Shown here piece by piece: positions 20,539 to 29,910 of a stretch of DNA of 48,520 nucleotides (the first letter of the stretch is position 1; each line of letters starts with the position of its first letter). This DNA is from a virus (lineage: Duplodnaviria > Heunggongvirae > Uroviricota > Caudoviricetes). The translations under genes were made by a program, and so were the position numbers. The stretch lies in IMG/VR virus record IMGVR_UViG_2711768004_000012. The stretch is one strand, 5' to 3'. The notes beneath the pieces were generated by a model that saw nothing but the letters and a program-made list of their open reading frames with translations, searched no databases and was not told the DNA's origin.

Positions 20539-21925
20539 TGATTTCCATCAGCATTACACTCTGATTTTTTAATTCATCGATCACTTCCTCTGGACGGGAA
20601 TCCTGATCGATAAATTTCAACGCCTGCAACACCCGAACCGCATCAATCTGACGTATATCACCGCCCTGACGCAATGACTGAACAGCCAGCGCGGAGGATG
20701 AGTCAAACACCTGGGCAGATACATCCAGTTCAGTGCGCACATCCACATTGCCACCGCAACTCTCTCCGATCCATTCCGCCATTATCTGGAGAATATTATC
20801 GAGGGCATCTTCGAGGGAGTTCGCCATTGTATAAAGCGGCGAGTTTTCCTGCATTCGCTCTTCATTAGTCTGATCAACAGATTTGGTGGATGTATTTTCA
20901 GCACGCAGAAGTTTAGCGCCGGCATGACGCATCTGATTTTCCAGCTTCTCAAGTGATGTTTCGCCAGATTCTATCGCTGCGCCACTATGTTCAACATATT
21001 CGAGGCCATTTTTTGTTCTGTCCTCAAAAATCGTAGCGGTGGATGCACCAACCGTCAGTTCTTCATTCCTGTCCAGCCCGTAGGCCACCAGCAATGGAAC
21101 GCGGGCAACATGAAGAATATTGTCCTGCTCGCTCTGGCTTTGCCAGTGCTTGATATTCAGCAAGCCAAGATTAAGCAATGGCGGTGTACCACGCATAAAT
21201 CCTGTTTTCTTCGTGTACAGTGTTACCAGAGGAATATCATCACGGCTGGTATTCCATGACTCATGAAGCGTCCAGACAGATTCGCCATTAGTGCCTTCGC
21301 TACGTCGATAAATTTCAACTCGACGGGGCATAATATGGCGGATCTGCTCCACCTTCTTCTGCCCGAAATCATCACCATCAATAATGATGACCTCTTTTAT
21401 ACGCAAATCAGTGAGAACAACTTTCCCTTTTTCAACTTTCGATTTCCATCCAATAACCTGGCGTGGATTCAGCATCGTAACGTACGGACGACCACCGGTC
21501 GCGTTTTCATCGGCTTTTGTCCGAATCTCTTTCATATCCGTTCGTGGATAGTCCACCAGCGCATGTGCCACACCATACTGAAATGCGAGGCTGAAAAATT
21601 GCTGCGCCCACACATCCAGTCGGCTCCCCTCCATGTCGATATTTTCTGCATATTCCCTGATTTTTGCCGGCGTTTCCTCACTCAATACTGTCGGCTCTGC
21701 AAATATGCGCCCAATATTTTGCTTGATGCTTTCTTCATACACAGGAAGTAGCGTAGCCACAGACAGGCGTTTTTTATAAGCGTCTTCATCTTCGTTAGGC
21801 CATTTTGGGAGATAATTTTCCCCCTGCCTGCGCATTTCAAGCGTACCGCCCATCAGTGCGTCGTTAATATCCCACGCCTCCAGCATATCGTTATAGTCGA
21901 GGTTGGGTGTTGATATATCAGCCAT
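20519..21925 (-). CDS. Portal protein
   Basis: 468 aa acidic ORF directly downstream of the large terminase gene. Confidence 0.75.
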   Translation of the reverse strand: MADISTPNLDYNDMLEAWDINDALMGGTLEMRRQGENYLPKWPNEDEDAYKKRLSVATLLPVYEESIKQNIGRIFAEPTVLSEETPAKIREYAENIDMEGSRLDVWAQQFFSLAFQYGVAHALVDYPRTDMKEIRTKADENATGGRPYVTMLNPRQVIGWKSKVEKGKVVLTDLRIKEVIIIDGDDFGQKKVEQIRHIMPRRVEIYRRSEGTNGESVWTLHESWNTSRDDIPLVTLYTKKTGFMRGTPPLLNLGLLNIKHWQSQSEQDNILHVARVPLLVAYGLDRNEELTVGASTATIFEDRTKNGLEYVEHSGAAIESGETSLEKLENQMRHAGAKLLRAENTSTKSVDQTNEERMQENSPLYTMANSLEDALDNILQIMAEWIGESCGGNVDVRTELDVSAQVFDSSSALAVQSLRQGGDIRQIDAVRVLQALKFIDQDSRPEEVIDELKNQSVMLMEINDANRE

Positions 21926-21927
21926 AA

Positions 21928-23238
21928 TTAAATCCGAAGTGATGTGACTCTTCCGGTCGGTTTGACAATAGGGAATTGCTTAACGATGAAATAACCTCCG
22001 GCATCATTCGGGTGATCATTGCCAGATTTTTTATCAGGCTCCCCCTTCTCATCCCAGACCTGTTGCTCCAGAGATTCGGCATATAACGGGCAACGCTTCA
22101 CATTAACTTTATAGCGACGCTCACCATTGGCATTGCAGAACATTGCATTCATTGAGTTAACGCGATCTTTTACTGGCGGGTTCGAGCTGTTCACCACAAC
22201 GTTAAAACCAGCCTGCTTAAGCTGGGCTATATCCGTCGTACTTGCGTTACTTGATTTTCTGGAATCCCCGGAAGCATCTGGATAAATATAAATTTCCCTC
22301 ACTTTCCGGTAATCATTCCCATCATACAGCCAGAAGCGTTCTTTAATGATGCGGATCATATCCGGCGTATCGTAGGCATTGATGATTTCAGTTACCGCAC
22401 ATGGAAGCCCCAAACGCAGCACATGGACGATTCCCGCCATCTTTCCAACGTTAAAATCCATCCCAATATAAATCGGCTCCCCTGGCTGCTCCACTTCTTC
22501 GCAATTATTCAGTTTCCGGTCAAACTGATGGTAAACAGTACCACTTGTCAGGTTAGTAAACTGTCCTCGAAGATAGGCTTTAATCAGCTCTGGAGGGTAT
22601 GATTCAAGAAGCGAAGGAATGTAATCTGCTGGCAGGTTCTTTTCATTATCGAAAGTAGATGCCTGCACCAGACCATACAGTGAGGCCAGCTCTGTTTTTT
22701 CACGCACGGCTTTAACAAACTGCTCGTAGACAAATTTGAATCCTTCCGGCGTGGTTGTAACGTCAATACCGTTGCGAAGTCCATCAATCTTATAACGCAT
22801 ACGTGCAATTATCTTGCGCCACGCCGTTCTGGCTTTTTCCTTCGGCAAAATGTCCAGTTCATCCACCAACGCATTACCAATTTTGAAACCGACGATCGTT
22901 TGTGGCTTCTCCATCGATCTGCAGATAGTGGTTCCCCGATACTGGCGTCCGTAATAAAAGTGAACCTCTTTATTTCCCTCATTAATTTTTACGTTCAATC
23001 CCCAGTCAGCAGCAACTTCTTCCACTGTAGGGTAAAAAATATCGCGAATTTGGGGATACGTTGGCGCAAAATATCCCTGATTTATACCTGGATGCTCCCA
23101 AATCCCCTTGCATATGCCGCCACACCCAACCCATGTTTTGCCCGAGCCAAAACCAGCAATATAGGCTTTAAATTTATGGGGCATTGAAAGAAATCGCGCC
23201 TGAGGCACATTAAGCGTCGGAGAGATCATCTTCATCAC
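21928..23238 (-). CDS. Terminase large subunit
   Basis: 436 aa; Walker A-like motif AGFGSGKT near the N-terminus; acidic nuclease-type C-terminal half; overlaps the small-subunit gene. Confidence 0.85.
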   Translation of the reverse strand: MMKMISPTLNVPQARFLSMPHKFKAYIAGFGSGKTWVGCGGICKGIWEHPGINQGYFAPTYPQIRDIFYPTVEEVAADWGLNVKINEGNKEVHFYYGRQYRGTTICRSMEKPQTIVGFKIGNALVDELDILPKEKARTAWRKIIARMRYKIDGLRNGIDVTTTPEGFKFVYEQFVKAVREKTELASLYGLVQASTFDNEKNLPADYIPSLLESYPPELIKAYLRGQFTNLTSGTVYHQFDRKLNNCEEVEQPGEPIYIGMDFNVGKMAGIVHVLRLGLPCAVTEIINAYDTPDMIRIIKERFWLYDGNDYRKVREIYIYPDASGDSRKSSNASTTDIAQLKQAGFNVVVNSSNPPVKDRVNSMNAMFCNANGERRYKVNVKRCPLYAESLEQQVWDEKGEPDKKSGNDHPNDAGGYFIVKQFPIVKPTGRVTSLRI

Positions 23239-24304
23239 TCCTTACTCTGGCATCAACCACATTAATATTGATCGCCACAGGCTGGGGATGTTCATTATCT
23301 TCCACCGTTTCGATCTCTTTGCGCAGCTTCTGGTTTTCCATTCTGCGCCGTTCAATTTCCAGTTCCCGTAGCCGCTTATCTGCACATAAAGCCCCGCCAG
23401 CAGAAAACAAACGCAACAATTCACGCCGGGCGGCAGCCTTATCCTCCAGCAGGATCTCAACGCCGAATTTTCCGAATTTTGCCCCTGCATATAATTGCCG
23501 CGCATCCCCATCAAGCAGAGTGGTATCAGCCATATAAAGCTGTCCCGTTCCCTCACCGCAGCACTTCGGGCAGTCCGGATTGGGTATGGCGTTATCAACA
23601 AAGCCGAGGCCTCCATATTCCGGTTCGGGTTTGCCATCTCTGGAAGCCTGCGCCGCTGCCTTGTCGAATTCTGCTATATCGCGCCACTGGTAGAGATGAT
23701 TCTCGCCCCAGCAATAACGGCAGTTAACACGGCGAAATTGTGCAAGCTGATTGGGGTCGGCCAGGACAATAGCCATCAACTGACTCACTAGTAAATCCAG
23801 GTCTGCGGTATAGCGTTTCTGGTACTGATTGCGGAAGTAGCTGATAGCGCGAAAAACCCTGGCATTTCTAAGCATACGACTGGCGTTGCTGTTAGCTGTC
23901 GCACCTTGCCCCTCATAACCGGCTAGTCGGTACGCCTCTGTCGGCTTTTTACCCTGAGCAACAAGCATCGCAAACTTAGCCTGCTGGTCAGAAATGCCGA
24001 ATTCATCGGGACAGAACGAAAATTCCTCCGCGTCGCCCTCATTCAGGCCCGCATCGAATACTGGCTTTTTTTCCTGAGATTTTTCGTTCCGCTTTTGTGC
24101 AGTCTGCGCAGATTTTTTCTGCGCACTTTTTTGCGCAGTTTTGCACATTTCTGTCTGCGCATTTTTCGGAGTTTTTTTGATGTAACGACGGGCTGTTGCG
24201 TAATTCAGTCCCCTTGCTTCACACCATGCCACCGGAGATATACCGGAGCGGGTGTATTCAGCAATATACTCCTGCTGCAACGCCCCCCAGTCCGGTCTGC
24301 TCAT
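23210..24304 (-). CDS. Terminase small subunit (DNA-recognition subunit)
   Basis: 364 aa ORF with N-terminal HTH-like segment (ISPVAWCEARGLNYATARRYIKK) and a basic/charged middle; immediately upstream of, and overlapping, terL. Confidence 0.65.
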   Translation of the reverse strand: MSRPDWGALQQEYIAEYTRSGISPVAWCEARGLNYATARRYIKKTPKNAQTEMCKTAQKSAQKKSAQTAQKRNEKSQEKKPVFDAGLNEGDAEEFSFCPDEFGISDQQAKFAMLVAQGKKPTEAYRLAGYEGQGATANSNASRMLRNARVFRAISYFRNQYQKRYTADLDLLVSQLMAIVLADPNQLAQFRRVNCRYCWGENHLYQWRDIAEFDKAAAQASRDGKPEPEYGGLGFVDNAIPNPDCPKCCGEGTGQLYMADTTLLDGDARQLYAGAKFGKFGVEILLEDKAAARRELLRLFSAGGALCADKRLRELEIERRRMENQKLRKEIETVEDNEHPQPVAININVVDARVRSDEDDLSDA

Positions 24305-24307
24305 CAG

Positions 24308-24559
24308 TTAGTCCTGATTTTTATCCACCCTGAGTAGTTCGCGCAGAGCAAAGGCATCCCCTTTTCTGGCAAGCTTAAACAATGCCGCTCGTAACTCGGC
24401 TTCACCTTTCGCTCTGCCCTTACGGATGGCCGCATAAAAATCTGTCATTGCTTCCCGATTTTCTTTCAGTCGGTTCAGATCAACATCCAGAACGTCAGCG
24501 ATTTGTTGTGCAGTCATCCGGCACGCTGCCAGAGACTCGACTTTCGAATACGGAATCAT
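24308..24559 (-). CDS. Small hypothetical protein with HTH-like segment
   Basis: 83 aa ORF (MTAQQIADVLDVDLNRLKENREAM...) directly upstream of terS; overlaps the 3' end of the upstream gene. Confidence 0.4.
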   Translation of the reverse strand: MIPYSKVESLAACRMTAQQIADVLDVDLNRLKENREAMTDFYAAIRKGRAKGEAELRAALFKLARKGDAFALRELLRVDKNQD

Positions 24560-25445
24560 TTGTCACCCCCATTGATATGCAGGGTGTCTTCTTCCTGTAT
24601 TTTTCGTGAAGGATTTTTACTGCAGCGTTGTTCCAGGTGACCTGATGGTGAATGCGTTTATGACTGGCACCCATAAGTGAGATTTTTACGCACGACGGCG
24701 CATACATGACGGAGTAAAAACTTTTAACGTAGGTTCCGGAATCCAGATACAGCTCGGTCATTCCGCCGCTGTTTTTCTGCGTCTGTTTCTGCCCTAACTG
24801 GACAGCACCGATCGTCATAAACAATTCACCACAGCGACCGAGATTCGTGTACGTATTCACATCCTCGTTAATGCGCCCCATGAATGAGAACGGTCGATCA
24901 ACCGAACAGATAAAGCTGTTCATTGCCTTGCGTTTCACCCACGAAGCATGGCCGCCATTGTCACCAAGAAAATCCCCGCCCTGCGACATAGCGATGGAAA
25001 GAGCAGGTATTGATTCGTAGTACGCAAGCATTTCAGAAAGGATCTCATCCAGTTTCCTTATCGGGAAATAGGCCTGGTCATAGTTGCGATCCACCCGAAA
25101 CTGGAACTCGTGATAATCATCATCGAGCTGAATGAAGTATTTACACCCGACCAGTTTTGCCTGGTCGAAACAGGCATTACGGGCGTAAAAAATTGAGCGG
25201 CGGTCACTAAAATTATCGGCTTCGTCAAAACGACTAGCAATATCGGCTTTGGAAAATACCAGCACCTGTTCACCAAATTCAGCCATGTACTGATGCCGTG
25301 TCTTATCTTCATCATCAACAACGATAAAAATTTTCCCGGTATAGCCAGCACGACGCAACGTCCGGTAAGTCAGAACTTTGTCCGGTCGCCCGTGAGTCAG
25401 AATAAAGGCGCAAAAATCATCACGCATATTCCTCCTCCCCGCCAT
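24495..25445 (-). CDS. Hypothetical protein with DxD-type motif (possible glycosyltransferase-like fold); start may be at MRDDF (25427)
   Basis: 316 aa ORF; motifs IFIVVDDEDKT and YFIQLDDDYHEF resemble GT-A nucleotide-sugar transferase DxD signatures. Assignment is tentative. Confidence 0.4.
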   Translation of the reverse strand: MAGRRNMRDDFCAFILTHGRPDKVLTYRTLRRAGYTGKIFIVVDDEDKTRHQYMAEFGEQVLVFSKADIASRFDEADNFSDRRSIFYARNACFDQAKLVGCKYFIQLDDDYHEFQFRVDRNYDQAYFPIRKLDEILSEMLAYYESIPALSIAMSQGGDFLGDNGGHASWVKRKAMNSFICSVDRPFSFMGRINEDVNTYTNLGRCGELFMTIGAVQLGQKQTQKNSGGMTELYLDSGTYVKSFYSVMYAPSCVKISLMGASHKRIHHQVTWNNAAVKILHEKYRKKTPCISMGVTNDSVFESRVSGSVPDDCTTNR

Positions 25446-26208
25446 GCATGATCTCCACCATGCGCTGCGTCATTCGGACAAATCCATTTTCAATAGCCTG
25501 CTGATAATCAATGATCACCAGCGCCGACTCCTCGAAAAGGCACTGAATTTCAGCGGGGGCATGAGCGTAATAGTCCGCAATTCTGCTGAAATTAAACACC
25601 GTGTGACGTTCTGCTGCACACAGGAGGAATTTCTCAATATCAGGATCAAGGGACGCCGAACGTATCCGGCTGATCAGCTCCTGAGTTTTCGTATCGTCGT
25701 ACAGTTCACTGATATCCGGTTTACCGCCTGACGGCTCATAAACAGGCGTATCAATTTTCGTCGTATACGGCTCCTCCTCATTTCCTGTACCGGGCAAAAC
25801 ATCCGTCAACAGTTCATCAATTTCTGCCGGGATGAAGCCTGTCAGGGAGACATCAAAATCAGCATTGATTAGGTCCGACAGCTCCATCCGCAACAGATCT
25901 TCATCCCAGCCAGCATTCATCGGCAGGCGATTATCTGCCAGGCGGTACGCCTTTTTCTGCTCATCCGTCAGGCCAGACAGAACAATGACCGGAACAGAAT
26001 CCATTTTGAGCATTTCAGCCGCCATAACACGACCGTGACCCGCAATAATTTCGCCCTTTTCGTCAATCAGCACCGGATTAGTCCAGCCGAATTGCTTAAT
26101 ACTTTCTACCAGTTGTGCCACCTGCTCAGTACTGTGCGTCCTGGCGTTGTGCGCATACGGTGACAATTCTTGTAATGGGCGATAGACTATCTTTAATTTC
26201 TCGCTCAT
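25420..26208 (-). CDS. ParB-like nuclease domain protein
   Basis: 262 aa; N-terminal region ...NPVLIDEKGEIIAGHGRVMAA... resembles the ParB N-terminal (sulfiredoxin-like) GxGR-type motif common in phage ParB nucleases. Confidence 0.65.
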   Translation of the reverse strand: MSEKLKIVYRPLQELSPYAHNARTHSTEQVAQLVESIKQFGWTNPVLIDEKGEIIAGHGRVMAAEMLKMDSVPVIVLSGLTDEQKKAYRLADNRLPMNAGWDEDLLRMELSDLINADFDVSLTGFIPAEIDELLTDVLPGTGNEEEPYTTKIDTPVYEPSGGKPDISELYDDTKTQELISRIRSASLDPDIEKFLLCAAERHTVFNFSRIADYYAHAPAEIQCLFEESALVIIDYQQAIENGFVRMTQRMVEIMHGGEEEYA

Positions 26209-26345
26209 ACAGCCTTGCTTTATGAATAAAACGCACCCCAGCAGCCAGTGCTACTGGGGGCGGAGGTGTTGCTGGTAAAGTTAGGTATTGGATCAATGAG
26301 TGAGTCAACATAATATTAAACTCACAATTATAAATCAGCCATATA

Positions 26346-27821
26346 TTAGGAGCGCCAAAAAAAACCTGAAAACAATATAATAACAGGATAAATTTCAAGG
26401 CGACCAAGAATCATAGCTATGCACATTAAATATTTTGCAATGTCATTAAGCACTCCGAATGACGATGCAGTAGCCCCAAAACCTAATCCCATATTATTAA
26501 TACATGCAGCCACTGTTGCAAATGATGTAAGAAAATCATATCCCATACCATTTAACACCAGTATAAAAAACACCGTGAAGAGAGTATAAAGAAAAAAGAA
26601 ACTCCATACAGACCTCATTACACGATCTGTAACTATCTTCCCTCCTACATTTACACTCAACAACGCTCTGGGATGAGAAAGCTGATTTATCTCGTGTTTG
26701 CTTTGTTTGAAAAGTATAAGAAATCGAAGTGACTTAATTCCACCACAGGTTGAACCTATACATCCCCCAAAGAAACTTGACAACAGCAAAAACACTATCG
26801 TGTGCGTGGGCCAGTTTGCATAATCCTGCGTAGCTAAACCATTATCAGTGAGCATGGAGCTGGCAAGAAAAAACGAATGAATAAAACTTCCATGCAAGTC
26901 ATACATACCTATATGCCAGACCTGGAAAGAGGTAACAATGATCACCCCTAAGGCTATTAACAGAAAGAAACGAAGTTCAATATCTCTGATTAAAGGTTTT
27001 ATCGTTTTTCTGCTAATAACAATATACCAAAGAGTGAAGTTGAAAGCCGATAGCAGGGAAAAAGAACCAGCCACCAGCTCAACCAAATAGTTATTAAAAT
27101 ATCCGATACTCTCGCTATGAGTTGAGAAACCACCAAGCGAAACTGTGGAAATCCCGTGACAAATAGCATCAAACAAAGGCATTCCTGCAAGTCTATAACA
27201 GACAATACAAGCAATACCTAATAAAGAATAAGTTATCCACAGTGTCCGTGACGTATCGGCCAGGCGGGGAGTGAGTTTGTCATCCTTAAATGGCCCCGGC
27301 ATTTCTGACTGATAAAGCTTTGCACCACCAATACCCAATAATGGCAATACTGCAACCGCCAGAACAATAACTCCTAAACCACCTATAAAATTTAACTGTG
27401 ACCGATAGTACAAATATGCCCGAGGTAATGAACTAACATCATCAATTACAGTTGCTCCTGTTGTTGTTATTCCAGAAACCCCTTCAAACAGAGCATCAAT
27501 GAACGTTAAATTAAGTTCTGAGTCAATCCATAAAGGGAATGCACTAATAACAGAAAACAAAATCCAAAACATTACAATTATAATAAACCCATCACGGGTA
27601 CGTAATTGAATGCCAGATTTCTTAGTTGTATACCACGCTCCGCCACCAATGCAAAAAAATATAACGAAAGTTATAAAGAAAACGAACAGGCTTTTTTCTT
27701 TATAAAACAATGCTACAACCATTGGTGGCAACATTGAAAGACTATAGAGCCAAACCAGGAACCCACACATATGAGTAACAACTCTTACATGAGATGTATT
27801 CATATCTAAATATTCTTTCAA
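26346..27821 (-). CDS. trkG: TrkH/TrkG-family K+ uptake membrane protein (moron); possible start at MNTSHVRVV (27803)
   Basis: 491 aa polytopic membrane protein matching my recollection of Rac TrkG (MNTSHVRVVTHMCGFLVWLYSL...); markedly AT-rich compared with flanking phage genes. Confidence 0.8.
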   Translation of the reverse strand: MKEYLDMNTSHVRVVTHMCGFLVWLYSLSMLPPMVVALFYKEKSLFVFFITFVIFFCIGGGAWYTTKKSGIQLRTRDGFIIIVMFWILFSVISAFPLWIDSELNLTFIDALFEGVSGITTTGATVIDDVSSLPRAYLYYRSQLNFIGGLGVIVLAVAVLPLLGIGGAKLYQSEMPGPFKDDKLTPRLADTSRTLWITYSLLGIACIVCYRLAGMPLFDAICHGISTVSLGGFSTHSESIGYFNNYLVELVAGSFSLLSAFNFTLWYIVISRKTIKPLIRDIELRFFLLIALGVIIVTSFQVWHIGMYDLHGSFIHSFFLASSMLTDNGLATQDYANWPTHTIVFLLLSSFFGGCIGSTCGGIKSLRFLILFKQSKHEINQLSHPRALLSVNVGGKIVTDRVMRSVWSFFFLYTLFTVFFILVLNGMGYDFLTSFATVAACINNMGLGFGATASSFGVLNDIAKYLMCIAMILGRLEIYPVIILFSGFFWRS

Positions 27822-27940
27822 TTATAACCACCTTGCTGCAATATTATGATTATACTGTATAAAATTTAACTCCTCTTAGATCTTACTTCACTGTTCCTTA
27901 TGAAACAATCATCAAAATGAATCATATTGTAGTTAAGATT

Positions 27941-28262
27941 TTACTTTAAACACTGCTCGGTTATGTATTGCTGAGCACCTTCAAGTTGGGCCTGCATCAT
28001 TACCAGTCGTTCCCGGAGGGTGAAATAATCCCGTTCAGCGGTGTCTGCCAGTCGGGGGGAGGCTGCATTATCCACGCCGGAGGCGGTGGTGGCTTCACGC
28101 ACTGACTGACAGACTGCTTTGATGTGCAACCGACGACGACCAGCGGCAACATCATCACGCAGAGCATCATTTTCAGCTTTCGCATCAGCTAACTCCTTCG
28201 TGTATTTTGCATCGAGCGCAGCAACATCACGCTGACGCATCTGCATGTCAGTAATTGCCGCG
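27941..28262 (-). CDS. Rz i-spanin (5' end in N run)
   Basis: C-terminal ...AALDAKYTKELADAKAENDALRDDVAAGRRRLHIK..., typical Rz coiled-coil; contains embedded Rz1 in the +1 frame. Confidence 0.8.
28000..28185 (-). CDS. Rz1 o-spanin lipoprotein (embedded in Rz)
   Basis: 61 aa MRKLKMMLCVMMLPLVVVGC TSKQ... with lipobox VVGC and a Pro-rich mature region (PPPPPAWIMQPPPDW), fully nested in Rz in another frame. Confidence 0.8.
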   Translation of the reverse strand: MRKLKMMLCVMMLPLVVVGCTSKQSVSQCVKPPPPPAWIMQPPPDWQTPLNGIISPSGNDW

Positions 28263-28512
28263 NNNNNNNNNNNNNNNNNNNNNNNNNNNNNNNNNNNNNN
28301 NNNNNNNNNNNNNNNNNNNNNNNNNNNNNNNNNNNNNNNNNNNNNNNNNNNNNNNNNNNNNNNNNNNNNNNNNNNNNNNNNNNNNNNNNNNNNNNNNNNN
28401 NNNNNNNNNNNNNNNNNNNNNNNNNNNNNNNNNNNNNNNNNNNNNNNNNNNNNNNNNNNNNNNNNNNNNNNNNNNNNNNNNNNNNNNNNNNNNNNNNNNN
28501 NNNNNNNNNNNN
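28263..28512. other. Run of N (250 nt) covering the R 3' end and Rz 5' end
   Basis: Literal n characters. Confidence 1.
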
Positions 28513-28898
28513 TTGATATCGCCCTGGTTTATTTTGCGAAGAAGCGTCGATGTTCTGAAATTGCCAGCACCCACGTTGTAAACGAATGAGTAAAGAGCGC
28601 CGCGCGTTGTTTCCGGTATATCGACTTTGATGTACGGGTTAATTTGTCTGGCGACAGTGGCAAGGTCTTTATTCAAGAGTGTTTTGCATTCTGCTTTGGT
28701 ATACGTTTTACCGAGCATGATGTCTTTTCCTGTATGCCCGTGACATACAGTCCATACACCAACAATATCTTTGTATGGTATGTAGCTGACACCTTCCAGA
28801 CCATCGTTACCACTTGGGCCAGTGATTAACACTGATGCTATAGCAATTGCTCCGCCACCAATAGCAGCAGCAACGACTTTTCGTAATGATGGAGGCAT
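28513..28898 (-). CDS. SAR-endolysin (phage 21 R-type lysozyme), 3' end in N run
   Basis: [44 protein letters not shown]...: N-terminal Gly/Ala-rich signal-anchor-release domain followed by lysozyme-like region; ATGA overlap with holin. Confidence 0.8.
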
Positions 28899-29113
28899 TA
28901 TTCACCTCTCGCAGCCTTGCGCTTATCTTCTTTAATCTTGAAATAAAGGTTTGTCAGGTACGTCAGCAGGCCAAATACCAGACTACCCAGCACACCGATT
29001 GCAGCCCACTGTGACGGAGTTACTCTATCGAGCAACTGTAAAAACCAGTAGCCAGCACTGCCTGCGGAGGTGCCGTAGGCAATGCCTGTTGAAATTTTGT
29101 CCATGGATTTCAT
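28898..29113 (-). CDS. Pinholin (phage 21 S-type) with dual-start motif MKSMDK
   Basis: [71 protein letters not shown]: two TMDs, charged C-terminus, Met-Lys-x-Met dual start typical of holin/antiholin pairs. Confidence 0.8.
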   Translation of the reverse strand: MKSMDKISTGIAYGTSAGSAGYWFLQLLDRVTPSQWAAIGVLGSLVFGLLTYLTNLYFKIKEDKRKAARGE

Positions 29114-29214
29114 AGCCTCACCTCCGCACGGAACGGATGGCATAGTTATTATGTGTAGGCTTTCAGACACATCAATCAGAGCCTTAATTGATATATATGC
29201 TGGAGACGATGCAA

Positions 29215-29239
29215 TATAAAAAGCTCGCCGTAGCGAGCT
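29215..29239 (-). terminator. Candidate intrinsic terminator downstream of lipoprotein gene 29365-29760
   Basis: Minus strand: stem agctcgc / gcgagct (loop 4 nt) followed by TTTTAT. Confidence 0.5.
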
Positions 29240-29364
29240 AATAAAATGTATTTCTCTGATATTATGTTTATTTGTATTAGCTCAGACTTGACATCACAGG
29301 TTTCGTATATAGAACATCATCAAATCTGTCAGTTTGCTATGAATGAGATATAGTAATTGAAGAG

Positions 29365-29760
29365 CTAACCTCGCATGTCAAAGCCAGATTTCTGAAAATC
29401 TCTGTAGACTTCCGGATTGTTGAAGGCCGGAAATTTGGCTTTATGAGCTGCGGACTTTATCGCTTCGCAATAGGCTTTATCACCGTTACTGGTAGATATT
29501 TTTAACGCCGTGCCATCCTGAGAGAATTCCATATGCAACCTGCATTTTTTCCCTTTCCAGTTATGCGGCTCATCAAGTTTGGCATTAATTGCAGCTCTGA
29601 TTCCCCGCGCTTGCGCCCCCCATTCATCCTGATCATCCCAGCGTCCTGAACTGCAACTACCTGTAGCAGTAGTTTTGTGGCAATCTGAAGGGTGTAAAGG
29701 TGTGCATCCCGCAACAAAACCGACCCAAAAAGTCAACATAACGATTTTCTTTAATCCCAC
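29365..29760 (-). CDS. Lipoprotein with TolA C-terminal domain (domain III)-like region
   Basis: 131 aa; signal peptide plus lipobox (FVAGC); mature part ...KKCRLHMEFSQDGTALKISTSNGDKAYCEAIKSAAHKAKFPAFNNPEVYRDFQ... resembles TolA-III (two Cys, PxxxxVY motif). Confidence 0.7.
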   Translation of the reverse strand: MGLKKIVMLTFWVGFVAGCTPLHPSDCHKTTATGSCSSGRWDDQDEWGAQARGIRAAINAKLDEPHNWKGKKCRLHMEFSQDGTALKISTSNGDKAYCEAIKSAAHKAKFPAFNNPEVYRDFQKSGFDMRG

Positions 29761-29910
29761 TTCTTGCTCCTCAATCCATTAAAATCTCAGCAATAGTAGT
29801 TGTTACGTCCGCCACTGGCTCAGAGCTGACTATCCGCTAAATTTAGCTCAGTGCCGTAGCTGTGTCAGAACAAACCTAAGCCGAAACCGTTTATTACAAA
29901 ACAATAAATA

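Noticed and set aside
20674-21751. Plus-strand ORFs antisense to the portal gene (20674-20868, 20987-21259, 21263-21751)
   Set aside because: Antisense to a long, well-supported ORF in a tightly packed operon.
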